From the NCBI GenBank assembly GCA_037379345.1, contig CM074514.1:11284001-11348000 (forward strand): a DNA stretch of 64,000 nucleotides. Direction: 5' to 3'. Below are positions 36,501 through 48,200 of this stretch, piece by piece (position 1 is the stretch's first letter; each line of letters opens with the position of its first letter). The stretch is from Perna viridis (lineage: Eukaryota). The notes under the pieces were generated by a model. It was given only the letters and a program-made list of their open reading frames with translations, was not told where the DNA came from and searched no databases. The position numbers and the translations under genes are program-made.

Positions 36501-39500
36501 TAAAAACTTTTACTGTAAGACTCATTTTGAAAATATTTGTGAATTTACAACAAGTACGCAATTTTCAATTTGTAACCATAGCATTATAGTGAAGTTGATC
36601 TTTCCAATATACCATATACCGTTTTACAAATACATTTTTCATTCCTGACAAAGTTGAATAATTTATCTTGTTTCTACTGTTGATTGTCAACACTACGTGC
36701 CATATGTATACCTAAAATGTGCGCCTGGAAATACAGAATACTAGTTAATTTTGAGAGAAACAAGAACAACAAATGTTTATTTCTTTTTAGATAAAAGAAC
36801 AGATCTTACATCGCAAAGGTTCATTTCTTCTACATCGTCAATACCATCTACAGTCAGGGCACCTTGGTTGATAAAGGTGTACAAACCGGCATCTGGGCTG
36901 ATCAACAACATCTCTGTAATAAACAGTCAAATTTTGTTTAAACAAAGGTTTAGTGTCTTAATATGTAAGCATTATGCTAATTCTATTTTAAGTAGTATTA
37001 TAGTTTAATTATTTTTTTCTTGAGAGTAAAGCCCATATGAACCATAGTTAGAATATTCGATATTCGAATGATACAGCCGAAGACAAATAAGAGACACATG
37101 ATGTTAAAACAATTTTCCTATTTGGATTATCACTGTCATGTGTCGAAAGCAAAGTACTTTACCATGGTATTTAGGAATGGCTTGACTGCAGAGCTGGTAA
37201 AAGATATGGTAGTTTCTTTCAGCAGACTGCTGGAAGGTGACACGGGATTTCTCCAATAGATCTGAAACACAAGAAAATGCTAATTTGTAATATATGCATT
37301 TACTAGAATTTTATTTGATGTTTCAAATATTTCAAATGATATTTTTAAACTTCAGTCGGCATACCAATATGCTACAGTCCTGGATTATATATATATTTTT
37401 TTGCATCTCTTACACATTTGTTAAATTCAATACATGAATATCTAAGGACTGAAATTGACCGATGGATCAATTAATATAACCAAAAAAAAAATTAAGAAGT
37501 AGAATGAGTACTCACATGTTTCAATATCGGCACCAGAGATTTTTCCAGTAGGTCCGAAGTGAATACGGATAAATTTTCCCTAAAGAGAAAATAAAAATGT
37601 GAAGAGGGTTTTCTGAAGTTACGATTTAAAAACACTTAATGAAAAAAAATGGCAATATAAAACATTTTGACACATGTTGCTCTAACTTAAAACATTGACA
37701 TAAAATAATCATGAAACACTATAGATTCCTTTTCTGTAATAACGACTTAACTTTTGGGTCAGTTGTCATAAAGCACAATTTAGTGCTCTGCTGAGTTGGC
37801 ACAGAAGATGTCAAATGGGCAAACCAAAATTGCGCAACAGAAAATGTTTTGGAATCATTAGAATAAGTATACTTTGTGCTATACTCACTTTTCTATGGAA
37901 TCCACGAGTCACAGTTCCTATGGGAACATCGTGTTAGACCTAAACACACCAAGGCAATGAAAAGGTAGAGGTAAAGGTTATTAACCATCATGTGAAATGA
38001 CAGCCATAAAGAGGAAACTTTGAATTCACCATGACTAAGATGATGTAACTTTTTATAAAATTATACTTGAATATTATTGTATGTTTTAGTATTGGTCATG
38101 TCAAAATTTGCACAATATCAACCAAGATTTCCTCTTTACTTTCATATTGAGTGTTAATGTACAAAAATATCGACGATGTGTAGAATCTGATATTTTCGTA
38201 AAAAGGGTGAAGGTGTTTTGGTGGCACACAGATGAAAACAATGGTTTGATGACGCATGCAAGATTTTGAGGATGGGAACTCAGAAGTGTAACTAGTCAGT
38301 AGTAAAACGTTTTAACTCATCAGTTATTTGCTTTTATGTATGTTCTTTTCTTTTGCCAGATATCTCAAAGGAAGACAACTACTGACCAGTTTATGTACAG
38401 GAAATACAAGGTCAAACTCGGGAGTTTGAATTCAGGGGAAAAGGTTCTAGGAATATAACATTTGAAGGTTTGAACAGTGGAAGGTTGCTATCTTTAAATC
38501 GCGAACTCCTCTGATGTACTTCAAACATTAGAAGGAAAATATACAGTAAATGAAAAATGGGTGCACACTCTAAAAATTCACTCTTTGTGGTTATAGTACA
38601 AGAGGTGTAGAGGAAGGATAGAACATGGAAACAATGATACTTACGAATCTAGAGGAATTGTTGTTACGTGTTGTCTTGGCGTTACCGTATGCTTCAAGTA
38701 CAGGGTTAGCCTGCACAATCTGGTCCTCAAGGGTACCCTAGAGACAGTAAATCAAAAATGTACCCCAAAACTGACTTCCAAGTCAAAACAAGCCGAATAT
38801 TAAGGTAGGTTTGTTCATATCAAGCCACTCGTAAAGCCTCATCGCCGATAATTTGCTCGGATTTGGAAAAAATTGTCATTAAAAAGAAGTATTAAGACTT
38901 TTTTTTCTATTTTCAGATATGACTCAATAATAAATTCAGTGGATTATAGTATATGAGTATTACTCACTTTCTTGTCAGATTTTGCCTCTTCCTCGTCTTT
39001 TTTACCACCAATGGAAGCAGCGACTTTAGCAAAGTACATAATGACTTTCTTGGTGTTTTCTGTCTTTCCGGCACCGGATTCACCACTGTTAACACAAAAG
39101 TATTATCATTCTGTGGGAACAAACGTTATGTCATGGAAACTATTACTCAAAAGAAAAGGTATTTCAAATAATGATTTTCAAATTCACTGCATAATTAATT
39201 CAGTAACAGAATTTTTTTTTCTTCAAAAATCTTGTTTTTTCTTGTACATAAAGTTCAAGCGTATATGGACGTCTCTTCTTTTAAGAATGTAAGAAAAAAT
39301 GTTGAGATGCAACTCTTACGTAATCAAGCAGGACTGGTTCTCACGATCTTGTACCATGAACTGGTAAGCATTGTCAGCTACAGAGAACAAGTGAGGGGGC
39401 ATTTCTGTCTTCCTCTTTCCCTTGTACTTGGAAATGACACTGTCAGTGTAGATTGGGAGACGTCTGTAGGGATTAACAGCTACACAGAAAAGTCCAGAGT

Positions 39501-40477
39501 AGGTCTGTAAAGACGAAATTTGGTATCTAGAATATATTATCCTAGAGTATGAAATTTGGTGTCATTGTTGAATTTTGTAAAATAAATTAAAACGGATTAA
39601 AGCGATTTCGATAAAAGAAAAAATATTTTATTGGTTAAAATATCTTAAGTAAATGCCTAATTTAATTCTTTTTTAACACTTAAATTTAGAAATTTTCACT
39701 TGGTATCTGTTCTTTGGCTTTTAAAATGGTTGCATTTACTACTACTAGTTGTGTGCAAATGAAATGTGGTAAAAAGTATTTCGGAGCCAACATCGTTCAA
39801 TTTTATTCCATACTTACATAAATTAGTTGGGCCTTGTAACGTGCCCTTAAATTATGCAGTACAGAGGCTTCGTTTAGGTAGGTCAAATTGGCCATGTCTT
39901 CTATCATTTCATACTTCGGTGGGTTCATTTGTTGGATGTCATCCTTCTTGCATGTTCTATTCTGTAATACAATACGTAATATAATTAAACTTCACAAATC
40001 TATCGAGTAGATTGAGTAATTGTGTAAGTCGCATTTAAACCTGAACTCTGTAACATTTCCTCCCAATTCTAATTTATCCTAATCAATGGGTTTAAATAAA
40101 AGGGCAAAATTATTTTACAAGCAATGCAACATGGACTAAGTCTTAGAATACAGAAATGTTCTCATGACGATATATAAAAGTACAAGTGACCATTGCTGTA
40201 GAGCATGTGATCAAAATGTGTTTCCCAAAGTATTTAACACATTAATAGTATTTTTGGTGAATAACGAATTACTTACCTGCTGGGATTCAACCAATTTAAC
40301 AGTTAGTTCATCTCCTTTGGATGACTGGATTTCGGCAGCTACGAAACCTTCTTTGTCATCTGGACACCAACATGCTTTTTTACCATCGAATTCCCTGGTC
40401 TGCTCTTTCATCAACTTGACCCTGTCCACACAGAGGTATGGGAAATCGGGATCATCTGGTCTCAACCCACTCGTCAT
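24558..40477 (-). CDS. MHC: Muscle myosin II heavy chain, paralog A (1938 aa, 31 coding exons)
   Basis: Coding exons in transcript order: 40477-40277, 39961-39818, 39504-39320, 39085-38968, 38737-38645, 37579-37516, 37261-37163, 36913-36810, 36045-35794, 35534-35385, 35229-35059, 34815-34639, 34238-34112, 33896-33835, 33476-33389, 33158-33041, 32828-32571, 32316-31851, 31606-31397, 30493-30348, 30118-29638, 29316-29071, 28839-28643, 28195-28063, 27857-27641, 27458-27218, 26946-26754, 26456-26196, 25904-25665, 25461-25261, 24731-24558; total 5817 nt, in frame. Contains P-loop GESGAGKT, switch I NNNSSRF, switch II DIAGFE, SH helix [14 protein letters not shown], molluscan-type neck [27 protein letters not shown] and a coiled-coil rod ending ...[18 protein letters not shown]. 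Confidence 0.96.
24984..25203 (-). repeat. C-rich (G-rich on the transcribed strand) low-complexity tract in the last coding intron of MHC-A
   Basis: Many C3-C9 runs within about 220 bp in an otherwise AT-rich intron. Confidence 0.6.
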
Positions 40478-41659
40478 CTTTGAAATTATCTAGTTGACAA
40501 GCTCCTTAATCGGAATGATACAGCCGAAAATGGCGAAATTCGGAGATCGTCTGAGCTCTGGACAAACTACTACACAAGGCCAGAACCTCCTGGGGGAAAA
40601 CAAGAAAGTTGAATACTGAGTATCCCGCCATGAGTTGAAGTACGGATTAGTTTGCTTTATTTTAAACGGATGTGGATTGGGTTGGTTAGATCGGAATTTT
40701 AAGATCTGAGAGAAAAACGAAGACAGATCAAGCTTTGATTTAAAATATAAGGTTTTACTGAACTCGCCATTTAAAATAAAATTACGTATTGTTTAGTGGT
40801 TTTGGTTGACGACAGATATCTCAGAGGTGTCTTTGCAATTATTCTCCATATAACATTTTGACGGCATGTTGATTTCCTTAACATTTTGTTTCAATGTGGG
40901 GATCTGTACTCTTGCATTTGCAACCGTTATGCGCGTGGGGTTTAATATCCACTTCCGTAACTGTGGCTAGTGTGGGTATTTTTTATTATGTTAAAGTATA
41001 TTTCAAAGATCTTTTTCCGATGCAGTCGGTATGGTTTCACTTTTTAACCTTTGGCCTTAAAGACTCTTTTCCTTGGAAACGCAGGTCACTTGATCGAAAT
41101 TCTGTTTCCCGACTGGCCAAAAACTGACAATTTAGTGGCGTTCGAAAAAACTGTATCGGAAATTGATACTGAGTGCATGTGTTATGTCCTGTATTTCCTG
41201 AATAAATGAAGACAATTATAAATAAAAAGAGCAAATTCTACTGCGTCGGCTATCTTTTTTTTTAAAGATAATACTTGTTTATACTATACGGAAGAAAAAA
41301 ATTACTGAGTTTATCTTATTCTGTAATTAATCTTGTTATTCACCTGAATCATGTATTCAAACGAGAGTATTAAAGCATGCTTGATGAGTTAGCTTATAAT
41401 GTTGGTCCTCTCGTAAGCGATCTTATTTATTAGCAGTAAACTCTGCATTCATTATCATAATTATTGATTGTTGATTTGAACAAGTTTTTTTTCTCCATCA
41501 ACCAAAACTTATTTTTTCTGATGTTTTCCTTTGGAATATGTGCAGACAACTTTGATTTCGATTATCTACATTTTTGGCTAAATAAATATTAGTTTTGCAC
41601 ACTGATATTGCTGGTCTAAGATCAGACATTATATTGACGTAATCATTTGTTGGCGGCAG

Positions 41660-41693
41660 CCGGAAGTCCATATTTGGTGATCGCCCAGGAAGT
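41660..41693. promoter_or_regulatory. ETS + CArG (SRF) composite element in predicted MHC-A intron 1
   Basis: CCGGAAGT (41660-41667) directly abuts the consensus CArG box CCATATTTGG (41668-41677); a second ETS core CAGGAAGT is at 41686-41693. Confidence 0.6.
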
Positions 41694-43285
41694 AACTAAC
41701 AGCGTACATTCTTGAGACGTTGTGATTTATGCTTTATTGCTGAAACATCAATAACCCACAAAACAAACCGCAAAACAATGTCCTGATTGTTTCCTGGTGT
41801 TGCATGATTGTTTTTGTACTGTCCGCTTTGACTCCCCCAAATGTTTCATAGACTTTAATGATAGTTTGAAAAAAAGTATTAAGATGAGACACACAAAAAC
41901 ACTATACTACGAAGCATTAAGAAGTTCCATAATATTTAGTTTTACTAGTCCAAAGCCCAATCTTGTTTTGTGCGGTATAAAGTGTAAAACTCTAAGTTTG
42001 GAAGAAATAAGTTAAAACATGTTGCTTGATAGATAAACTTCCCTATGAACAAAAATATCAGGGGTATGCCATTTTTAATAGTAAACCTTAAAACTTATAC
42101 TTAACTTGAAACGAAAATTTCAGTAATTCTACATGTAAGTACACATAATACATGTATGCATTTAAAACTGTATTTAATTAGTAATGTTTCAATCCTGTTT
42201 ATTTTTACAAAAGTTGAATGCTGTAATCCTTGTATTATGATATGTTCGTATAAACACTTCTGTATCTGTCGGTAAGTAGGTGTATATCGAATAAGGAAAA
42301 ATCTCGTATAATCCTGATATGCATGTTACCGTAGATTTATTGCATGTATGTATAATTAATGTAACATCTATGTTTTCTCACTTGATATTATTTTCATTCT
42401 ATTATTATTTCCATAATTTGTAATAAAGACTGATACCATTATAATATACCGGTAGATAAGGAAGATTGGTATTATTATTGTATTAAATTATGATTATAGT
42501 GTAAATCGTTCGTATCGCACAGTTATCGGTAACTAGTATGTAAAACTGTCTACAGAATGAATTGATTTTTTTTTTTATAAATCCTCCTTTTTTTAATTAA
42601 AAAATGAAAACTGACCTGCTATCAGTTACGACTGTATTTAAAAAGTTTTGACATAATATTTACTTTTATGTTAACCTTTGCATAGAGAGTTTATGTTCCA
42701 GTTTAGTTTTAAAGATACGTTCTTGCTTAATGCGTTTTAACATTTCAATAAATTTAATTATGCTAACTATATGCTCATATGTTAAGTCGATGACTTAATG
42801 CAGACATCACCCGGTGTCTTATTTTTATAAACTTGTATGTCTGATTGACTTCTTTGTTGTTCCTATTTTTCCTGAACTCGCGATTTCTTATCAATTGATA
42901 TACGCCTTTTATGTATACACTGACATTTGTTCAAGTGTTCTCTAAAGTACATATACATGTAATTAAATTCAGAACCCATGTAAGGTATATATACTCTAGG
43001 TATCACACTGGTAAAACCATCACCTACCGTTATTTGTTGGAGATTTGTATAATCCACACTAGAATAAATCCATTTTATCACATAATCTAAGTATGGGTGT
43101 GGTGCAGGGTATTGGGAGATGTGATTCCGTGATCTAAGTAAGGTTAGGATAAGGTAAGGATGATGATGGAGGAAGAGACAAACACTAGTTTAGAAAACAT
43201 TAGTTTATTGATAGTTTATTGAGAGACAAATGTTTGGTAAGGTTCTGGTTAAGGAGGATATCACACAAGGTTCAAACATACTTAC

Positions 43286-43333
43286 AATACTGGCGGTTCT
43301 GTACAGAATACCTGATAACTTCTTATATATATA
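43286..43333 (-). promoter_or_regulatory. Candidate core promoter and very short non-coding exon 1 of MHC-A
   Basis: Minus-strand TATATATAA (about 43333-43323) followed about 40 nt later by CAGTATT|GTAAGTAT (donor at 43285). Acceptor TTTTCCCCCAG at 40590 lies upstream of ATG 40477. Same layout as MHC-B. Confidence 0.55.
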
Positions 43334-44679
43334 CACCACCCCCAAATTTTTTGCAACTTTTATCTGTTTTTGTTTCAAGAAATTTGGTTGGTTAAAATCA
43401 GGAGAGAAATGCTAGTTTAACCAATTGAACTAATCGTTATATAATTAGTCTATGCTACCGGGTTGCTGCTTATGGACATTTCAGTTGTTCCTTAGTAACT
43501 AGATGTGTGTGTAGGCATTGCCGGTTTTACTATCATCTTTCATCTCAATGTTTTCCTTCATCAATGATAACAAAAACCAGTCTTTATCAATTTTTGTGTA
43601 TTTTCCAACATTTCTGTTACTTCTATCGTTATATGACAAGGTCATTGATAACTCGTCTGTTGATGAATCTAAATTGCTTAATATATAACTGCCATCTTAG
43701 CAATATTAATTTTAATTATGATTAAAAATATTTTGAACAGACTGCTCTCTATTATTAATTATTACATATATACACCATATATCTTTCTCGAAATCTACAA
43801 CGTTGAAATGCAACCCCATGATACAAAATAATGGATAATGAAGTAGTTGAAATTTTATCAAAGTCTATTTTTGTTGGGTGTTGTAAAGCCTTAGCTTCTT
43901 GAATTTCCTAAATAAGTACTACATTGTTTATATCTAATTTAGTTATCATATCGTCACTTTATCTTTCATATTTATTTTCGACTTTTTCAAAGTTCTTAGA
44001 GATTTGTTGATAGATGATGAAAAAACAGATGATCCCCACAAATTCCGATGTTGGTTTGTGATCATTTTGATTGCTGTACAGTAAGTATGTGCACTGATAA
44101 GCACAAACAATTAGTCTTGGAGAGAAGTGCATTGATATCCAGATGTCTAATTATTGGCACACCTCCAAAAGTTATGATAATTCATGCCCCCAATCGGTTC
44201 GAGTTCTTAATCACAATATTGACTTAAACAAATGTCTACCAATGTTCACTATACCGTACTAATATAGTGTTAAGGATTGTAACCATTGGATTTAGATAAG
44301 CGATTTCCCTTAAGAATCTTATTTTAACAACCATTTTCACTTAGAATTCGATAAAAAAGGAAACAAACGAACAAACAAACAAACTGTAAATTCTCTGATG
44401 AAGATATTGAACCATTCCATCACTTCTAGTAATTTATATTTTATTCAACTGACCGGTACCGGTGTAACCCAAGTCAAGTGTTACAGAAAGTTCAAAAAAA
44501 GGTCAAATATTCAGATTGATATTATACCTCTGAAAATGTTGTGTACTGTAAATTACTGGATTTGAATGACTGGATTTGTATGGCTTTAATCCATGTGTTG
44601 ATATAGATAACAAATTGCATTTTTTGTTAAAATGTGTTGTAATACTTCAAATTTAATGTTAATTAAACTAAAAAAAAAT

Positions 44680-44920
44680 CAGATGCGTAATTTTTCATTT
44701 ATTGCAAGGTAAACATATAATAACTTCGACATCCGTAACACAAAATCGAAAAGATCATCAGGACAAGCCTTACATAGTTACACGCACAGCGAGTCATTTA
44801 TAAAGGTCCAATAAATAAAACATAAGTCACTCCACATGTAATTATAGTAATTGTCTTTATCACTTTCCAATATATGCTACGGTAACAAGGGTAAAATAGC
44901 ATTATCTCCCGTTCCACATT
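44680..44920 (-). other. Terminal exon of MHC-B with candidate poly(A) signal
   Basis: Acceptor TTTTTTTCAG at 44921 follows donor AAAAG|GTAAGA at 45243; minus-strand AATAAA at 44703-44698. Confidence 0.6.
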
Positions 44921-45285
44921 CTGAAAAAAAGAAGAAATGCTTTCATTTACAAATTTTGAAGTTTTTTTTTTTTAGAAAAAGAAAAAAAAACAACAAAAAG
45001 CATTTATCTAAACATATTACTTATGAATTCACAATGCAGGTTTCAAACCACATTCTTTTTCTTCTTTCAATCATGAACATAGATATTTTTCCTGAAATGC
45101 GTAAATGCAAAGATACGGATTAAAAACGATTGGTGGGGTAAATCGATACGTTATCATTTAACTTAGAATTCTATTCTATTAACAAAATATTGTAACTACA
45201 CAAATCGTCGTGAAAAAAAAAAGATGATTTAGCTAGATCTTACCTTTTATCGTTTTCAGGTCAACTCCTTCTAACAGTGTCCATC

Positions 45286-48200
45286 TTATTTCTGTAATAA
45301 TTAAAAATTTGATTATTATATGGCTGCTATATTCACGAGACAAGTATTTTGAAGGAAAGAAAGAGTTTCGTATATCCATTCTACAGGAAAAAAAACTTTA
45401 TAAAGATTATGACTTCAGTAAAAAGGCAATTTTAGATACTTACAGAAGGACTAGACCTGCTGATTGAGACACTTTTGACAGTCCTAGTTGTTGATACTGA
45501 GCTACGGTTCCTTGTTCTCAATTTGGTCAAAGACGCTTCAGAACTCTCAGCACGTTCCTCTGCATCTTCGAGCTCACTTTGAGCTTTGCGGTATTTAGAC
45601 AGATTGATTGCAGCAATTTCTTCCTACAAAACAACATAATATTTAGTGTTGTAATTAATATAACGAGAATGTATGTGGTGAATACGTCAAAGAGCCAACA
45701 AAGTTTGTTCTTTAATCAAAAACTTTGTTATATATTCAAATTCTTTGCGTATTCAAAAACATATTCCTGAATTACAACCGATTTCTATAATTAATAATTT
45801 AGCATTACCTTTTCGACTTCCAATACCAAAAAAAAGTATAACTAACTAAGTGCAAAGTGTGCTCCTATTTGTTTTCTATAAAGTTGTGACTTAAAATTGC
45901 ACCTTTTATGGAGACGAAAGTTGAGGCCTGTTATTGATTAAAATTACAGATTGCATAGGATCATGGCATAAGAGAAAGAAAAAATGGTACTTACTGCTTC
46001 CTCAACCTGGCGTTTGTATGTCTTGACCTTTGCGTTAAGTTTATCGATCATGTCCTGGAGTCTTTCATGAACCTTGCGATCTTCGTCGCATTGAAATGCC
46101 AACTCCTTCATCCTGCGGTCGGCTTTGCGCATGTTCTTCTGTGTCTCAGCATGACGACGTTGTTCTCCATCGAGTTCACCTTCCAAGTCCCGTACCTGCA
46201 CACACATAATCATGTTGTACATGTAATTTGGAACCTCGGTTGTTAATTCAATTGCATAATCAATTAATGCCTTGATATATCAACCTACCCTATTTCCTTT
46301 ATACTGTGAAATGTTAAGCTTTACGAACCCTCAAGTCATACTAAACAGAATATAAAATACATTAGATTTAGTACTTACTCTCTGTTCAAGTTTGGCAATG
46401 ACTTTCTTGCCTCCCTTGATTCCGCTGGACTCGGCTTCCTCAACACGAACATGCAATTCTTTGATGGTAATTTCTAATGTTTTTCTCATTTTCTCGATCT
46501 GAGTGCTATGTTCTTGTTCAGCTCTAAGCTCGTCAGCGATCCTGGTAGCGTCCATGAGTGCTCTCTTGGCACGGTCATCGGCGGCCTTAATCTCATTTTG
46601 CAACTCATCCAAGTCAGCCTAAAATGAATAAAAATCATGAATTTGATTGTCGAACTTACTGACTACCAGCATATTACATAATTCTGAATACTATAGTGTC
46701 ACATACCAATTAGATATTTTACATGTTTAAAATAATTTTGAAGCATAATACAGTAAAATCAATTACATATTAGTATCCAGCCAACTCTGACTTATGAGAC
46801 ACTGCTTTTATATACATAAAAACATTAATTATGCAATGAGTGACAATATTTCTTCTTTATCACATACTGTACAAGCGGTTGATTTTCTTTCATTTGACAT
46901 AACAGAAATATTTTTTTCTCCTCAATTAAGATTCTTAAGTTTTCGAATAAAATACATGGATTGTTTGTTAAAACATACCATTAATCTGAATAAAAATCTC
47001 AATCTACTACAAAATAAAATTCATCTTCAACAGCATTCTGATTACAAAATACATATTTTTTTTCACTAAATAGAATTTTTGGCTTGATCAAACGACCTTT
47101 TTTTATTGCTAATGATTAACAGCAATTTCTGAAAATTTTATTAAATAGGCCTACATGTATGTGTCTATTGAAACATCTTATGCATCAAAAATCAACCGCA
47201 TTATTGTATATTTGTTTCCTTTATGTGGCATTATTTTTTTTCTTTTTTAGAGGTAGTTTTTCTCCTTTTTATACTTACAGACATGGCTTGCATGTCTCCT
47301 TCGACCTTCCTCTTCTGTGCTTGTGCAGAGCTGACTTGAGCAGAAAGTTCGTTAACACGATCTTGTGCGTCATAGAGTTCTCCCTCTGCAACCTTTCTTG
47401 CTCTCTCTGACTGTTCCAATGCAGATCTGATCTCGTCGATCTCAGTAATAAGGATGTTACATCTTCTTTCGGTAAGGACGTATGATTCACGTGATTCGTC
47501 ACGGAGTCGTGTTTCTTCCTCGACCTTACTCTGCATCTCTTGGAGGTTTACAATATATTTCTTTACTGTCTTCTCAGCTTCAGCCTTGGCTCTGTTAGCA
47601 GAGTCAAGTGCCATTTCCAACTCATTGATGTCTTGTTCAAGCTTCTTCCTGATTCTGGTGGACTCAGCTTTGCCCTTTGCTTCAGCTTCAAGGCTAATTT
47701 GCATTGATTCGAGAGCTCTCTGATGATTACGGCTGAAATTTAAAAAAAAGTATATGAGTTCATATGCAATAACATTCTGATTATTTTCATCTTCAATTTA
47801 CTTTAGTGAAACATTCAAGAATTAGTTATGGAAAATGATAGATCTATTTCTTTTTCATATCTTTTTAATCATAGATAAATTCCATTTATTCAATAAGCTA
47901 AAATGTTTACCGTGTGTTTTCAAACTCTTCTTCTTTTTCGTGGATGCGTCTGTCAATTTCTTGTCGAACAGTCGAGATTTCGAGTTGTACACGCATGACC
48001 TTAGATTCCTCTTGTTCGAGAGCAGACTCGGCCTCTTCCAAAGCAGCCTGAAGCTCTTCCTTTTCCATCTCAAGACGTCTCTTGGCCTTTTCGACCTCGT
48101 GAGCGTTCCTGCCACCGTCGCTGAGTTGGTCTGTTAATTCACGGATTTCATCTGAAAATGAATAGTTTTATTTTTTGTATTCTGACTTGTATTAATTCAA

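Noticed and set aside
37066-40528. Exact 16-mer GAATGATACAGCCGAA at 37066 and 40513
   Set aside because: About one chance 16-mer match is expected in 64 kb, and there is no flanking similarity.
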